Source of the DNA: Auanema rhodensis
Taxonomy: Eukaryota; Animalia; Nematoda
DNA length: 64,000 nt
NCBI GenBank assembly: GCA_964057225.1
Contig: OZ059896.1
Location: 5,642,001-5,706,000, forward strand
Direction of reading: 5' to 3'
The position numbers and the translations under genes are program-made. Below, in pieces: positions 63,201-64,000 of this stretch. Under the pieces are notes generated by a model. The model did not search any database. It was not told the origin of the DNA and saw nothing but the letters and a program-made list of their open reading frames with translations. Each line of letters starts with the position of its first letter. Within the stretch, counting starts at the first letter, position 1.

Positions 63201-64000
63201 TTCAGGGTGAAAATCGAGGATATAAGTGTGAACTTATATCAGTTGATATCTCGGTGCATTTTTAAGCTAGCGCAAATCTGATAACACAGATCTACGCAGC
63301 CTAAAAATCCGCATCGAATGCACTATACTACATGGAGAAACGCTCAATACAAAAATTAGTTATGATCGTTTGAAAAATGATGCATTAGTGTATGTTGAGT
63401 TTCCATGTACACTCAACATTGCTTCCAAAAACATTTTGACAAAAATTTTCCCGAAAAATTTCAAAATAATTTAGCAAAAAGTAGATGTTTTTAGATTCCT
63501 TTTTTCAAGGCAAAAACGATGGACAATGTTATTCAACGAAAAAATTAATTCTTCAGGGTGAAAATCGAGGATATAAGTGTGAACTTATATCAGTTGATAT
63601 CTCGGTGCATTTTTAAGCTAGCGCAAATCTGATAACACAGATCTACGCAGCCTAAAAATCCGCATCGAATGCACTATACTACATGGAGAAACGCTCAATA
63701 CAAAAATTAGTTATGATCGTTTGAAAAATGATGCATTAGTGTATGTTGAGTTTCCATGTACACTCAAAATTGCTTCCAAAAACATTTTGACAAAAATTTT
63801 TTCCAAAAATTTCAAAATAATTTAGCAAAAAGTAGATGTTTTTAGATTGCTTTTTTCAAGGCAAAAACGATGGACAATGTAATTCAACGAAAAAATTAAT
63901 TCTTCAGGGTGAAAATCGAAGATATAGGTGTGAACATATATCAGTTGATATCTCGGTGCATTTTCAAGCTAGCGCAAATCTGATAGTACAGATCGACGCA

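Larger units (their letters stand above)
22272..64000 (+). repeat. 351-bp tandem satellite array, right block (~119 monomers; runs off the window end)
   Basis: Same monomer and orientation as the left block. Phase resumes exactly after the element: the next monomer starts at 22370 = 12637+351+9378+4. Confidence 0.99.

Noticed and set aside
1-64000. CRISPR array or prokaryotic repeat interpretation of the tandem repeat
   Set aside because: 351-bp units with no unique spacers and no cas genes. The resident element is a eukaryotic LTR retroelement.

Overview
Eukaryotic (probably invertebrate, most likely nematode) heterochromatin-type window. About 54.6 kb is a head-to-tail, AT-rich 351-bp satellite (~155 monomers, all on one strand) with nested higher-order duplications. 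A single intact 9,378-bp Ty3/gypsy-type LTR retroelement is inserted on the minus strand at 12894-22271. It has 399-bp LTRs that are identical by eye (TG...CA), a 4-bp AAGC target-site duplication, a tRNA-Gln primer-binding site and one uninterrupted ~2,500-aa ORF. The domain order is unusual: Gag - internal signal peptide - ~920-aa class III-like (rhabdovirus G / herpesvirus gB / chuvirus-like) envelope glycoprotein with furin site and TM anchor - protease - RT - RNase H - integrase. So env lies in frame between gag and pol rather than as a separate 3' ORF. It looks like a very recently inserted, potentially infectious enveloped retroelement with a membrane-threaded polyprotein. All homology statements are by-eye motif recognition; no searches were run. 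Amino-acid numbers follow the supplied 2508-aa translation.
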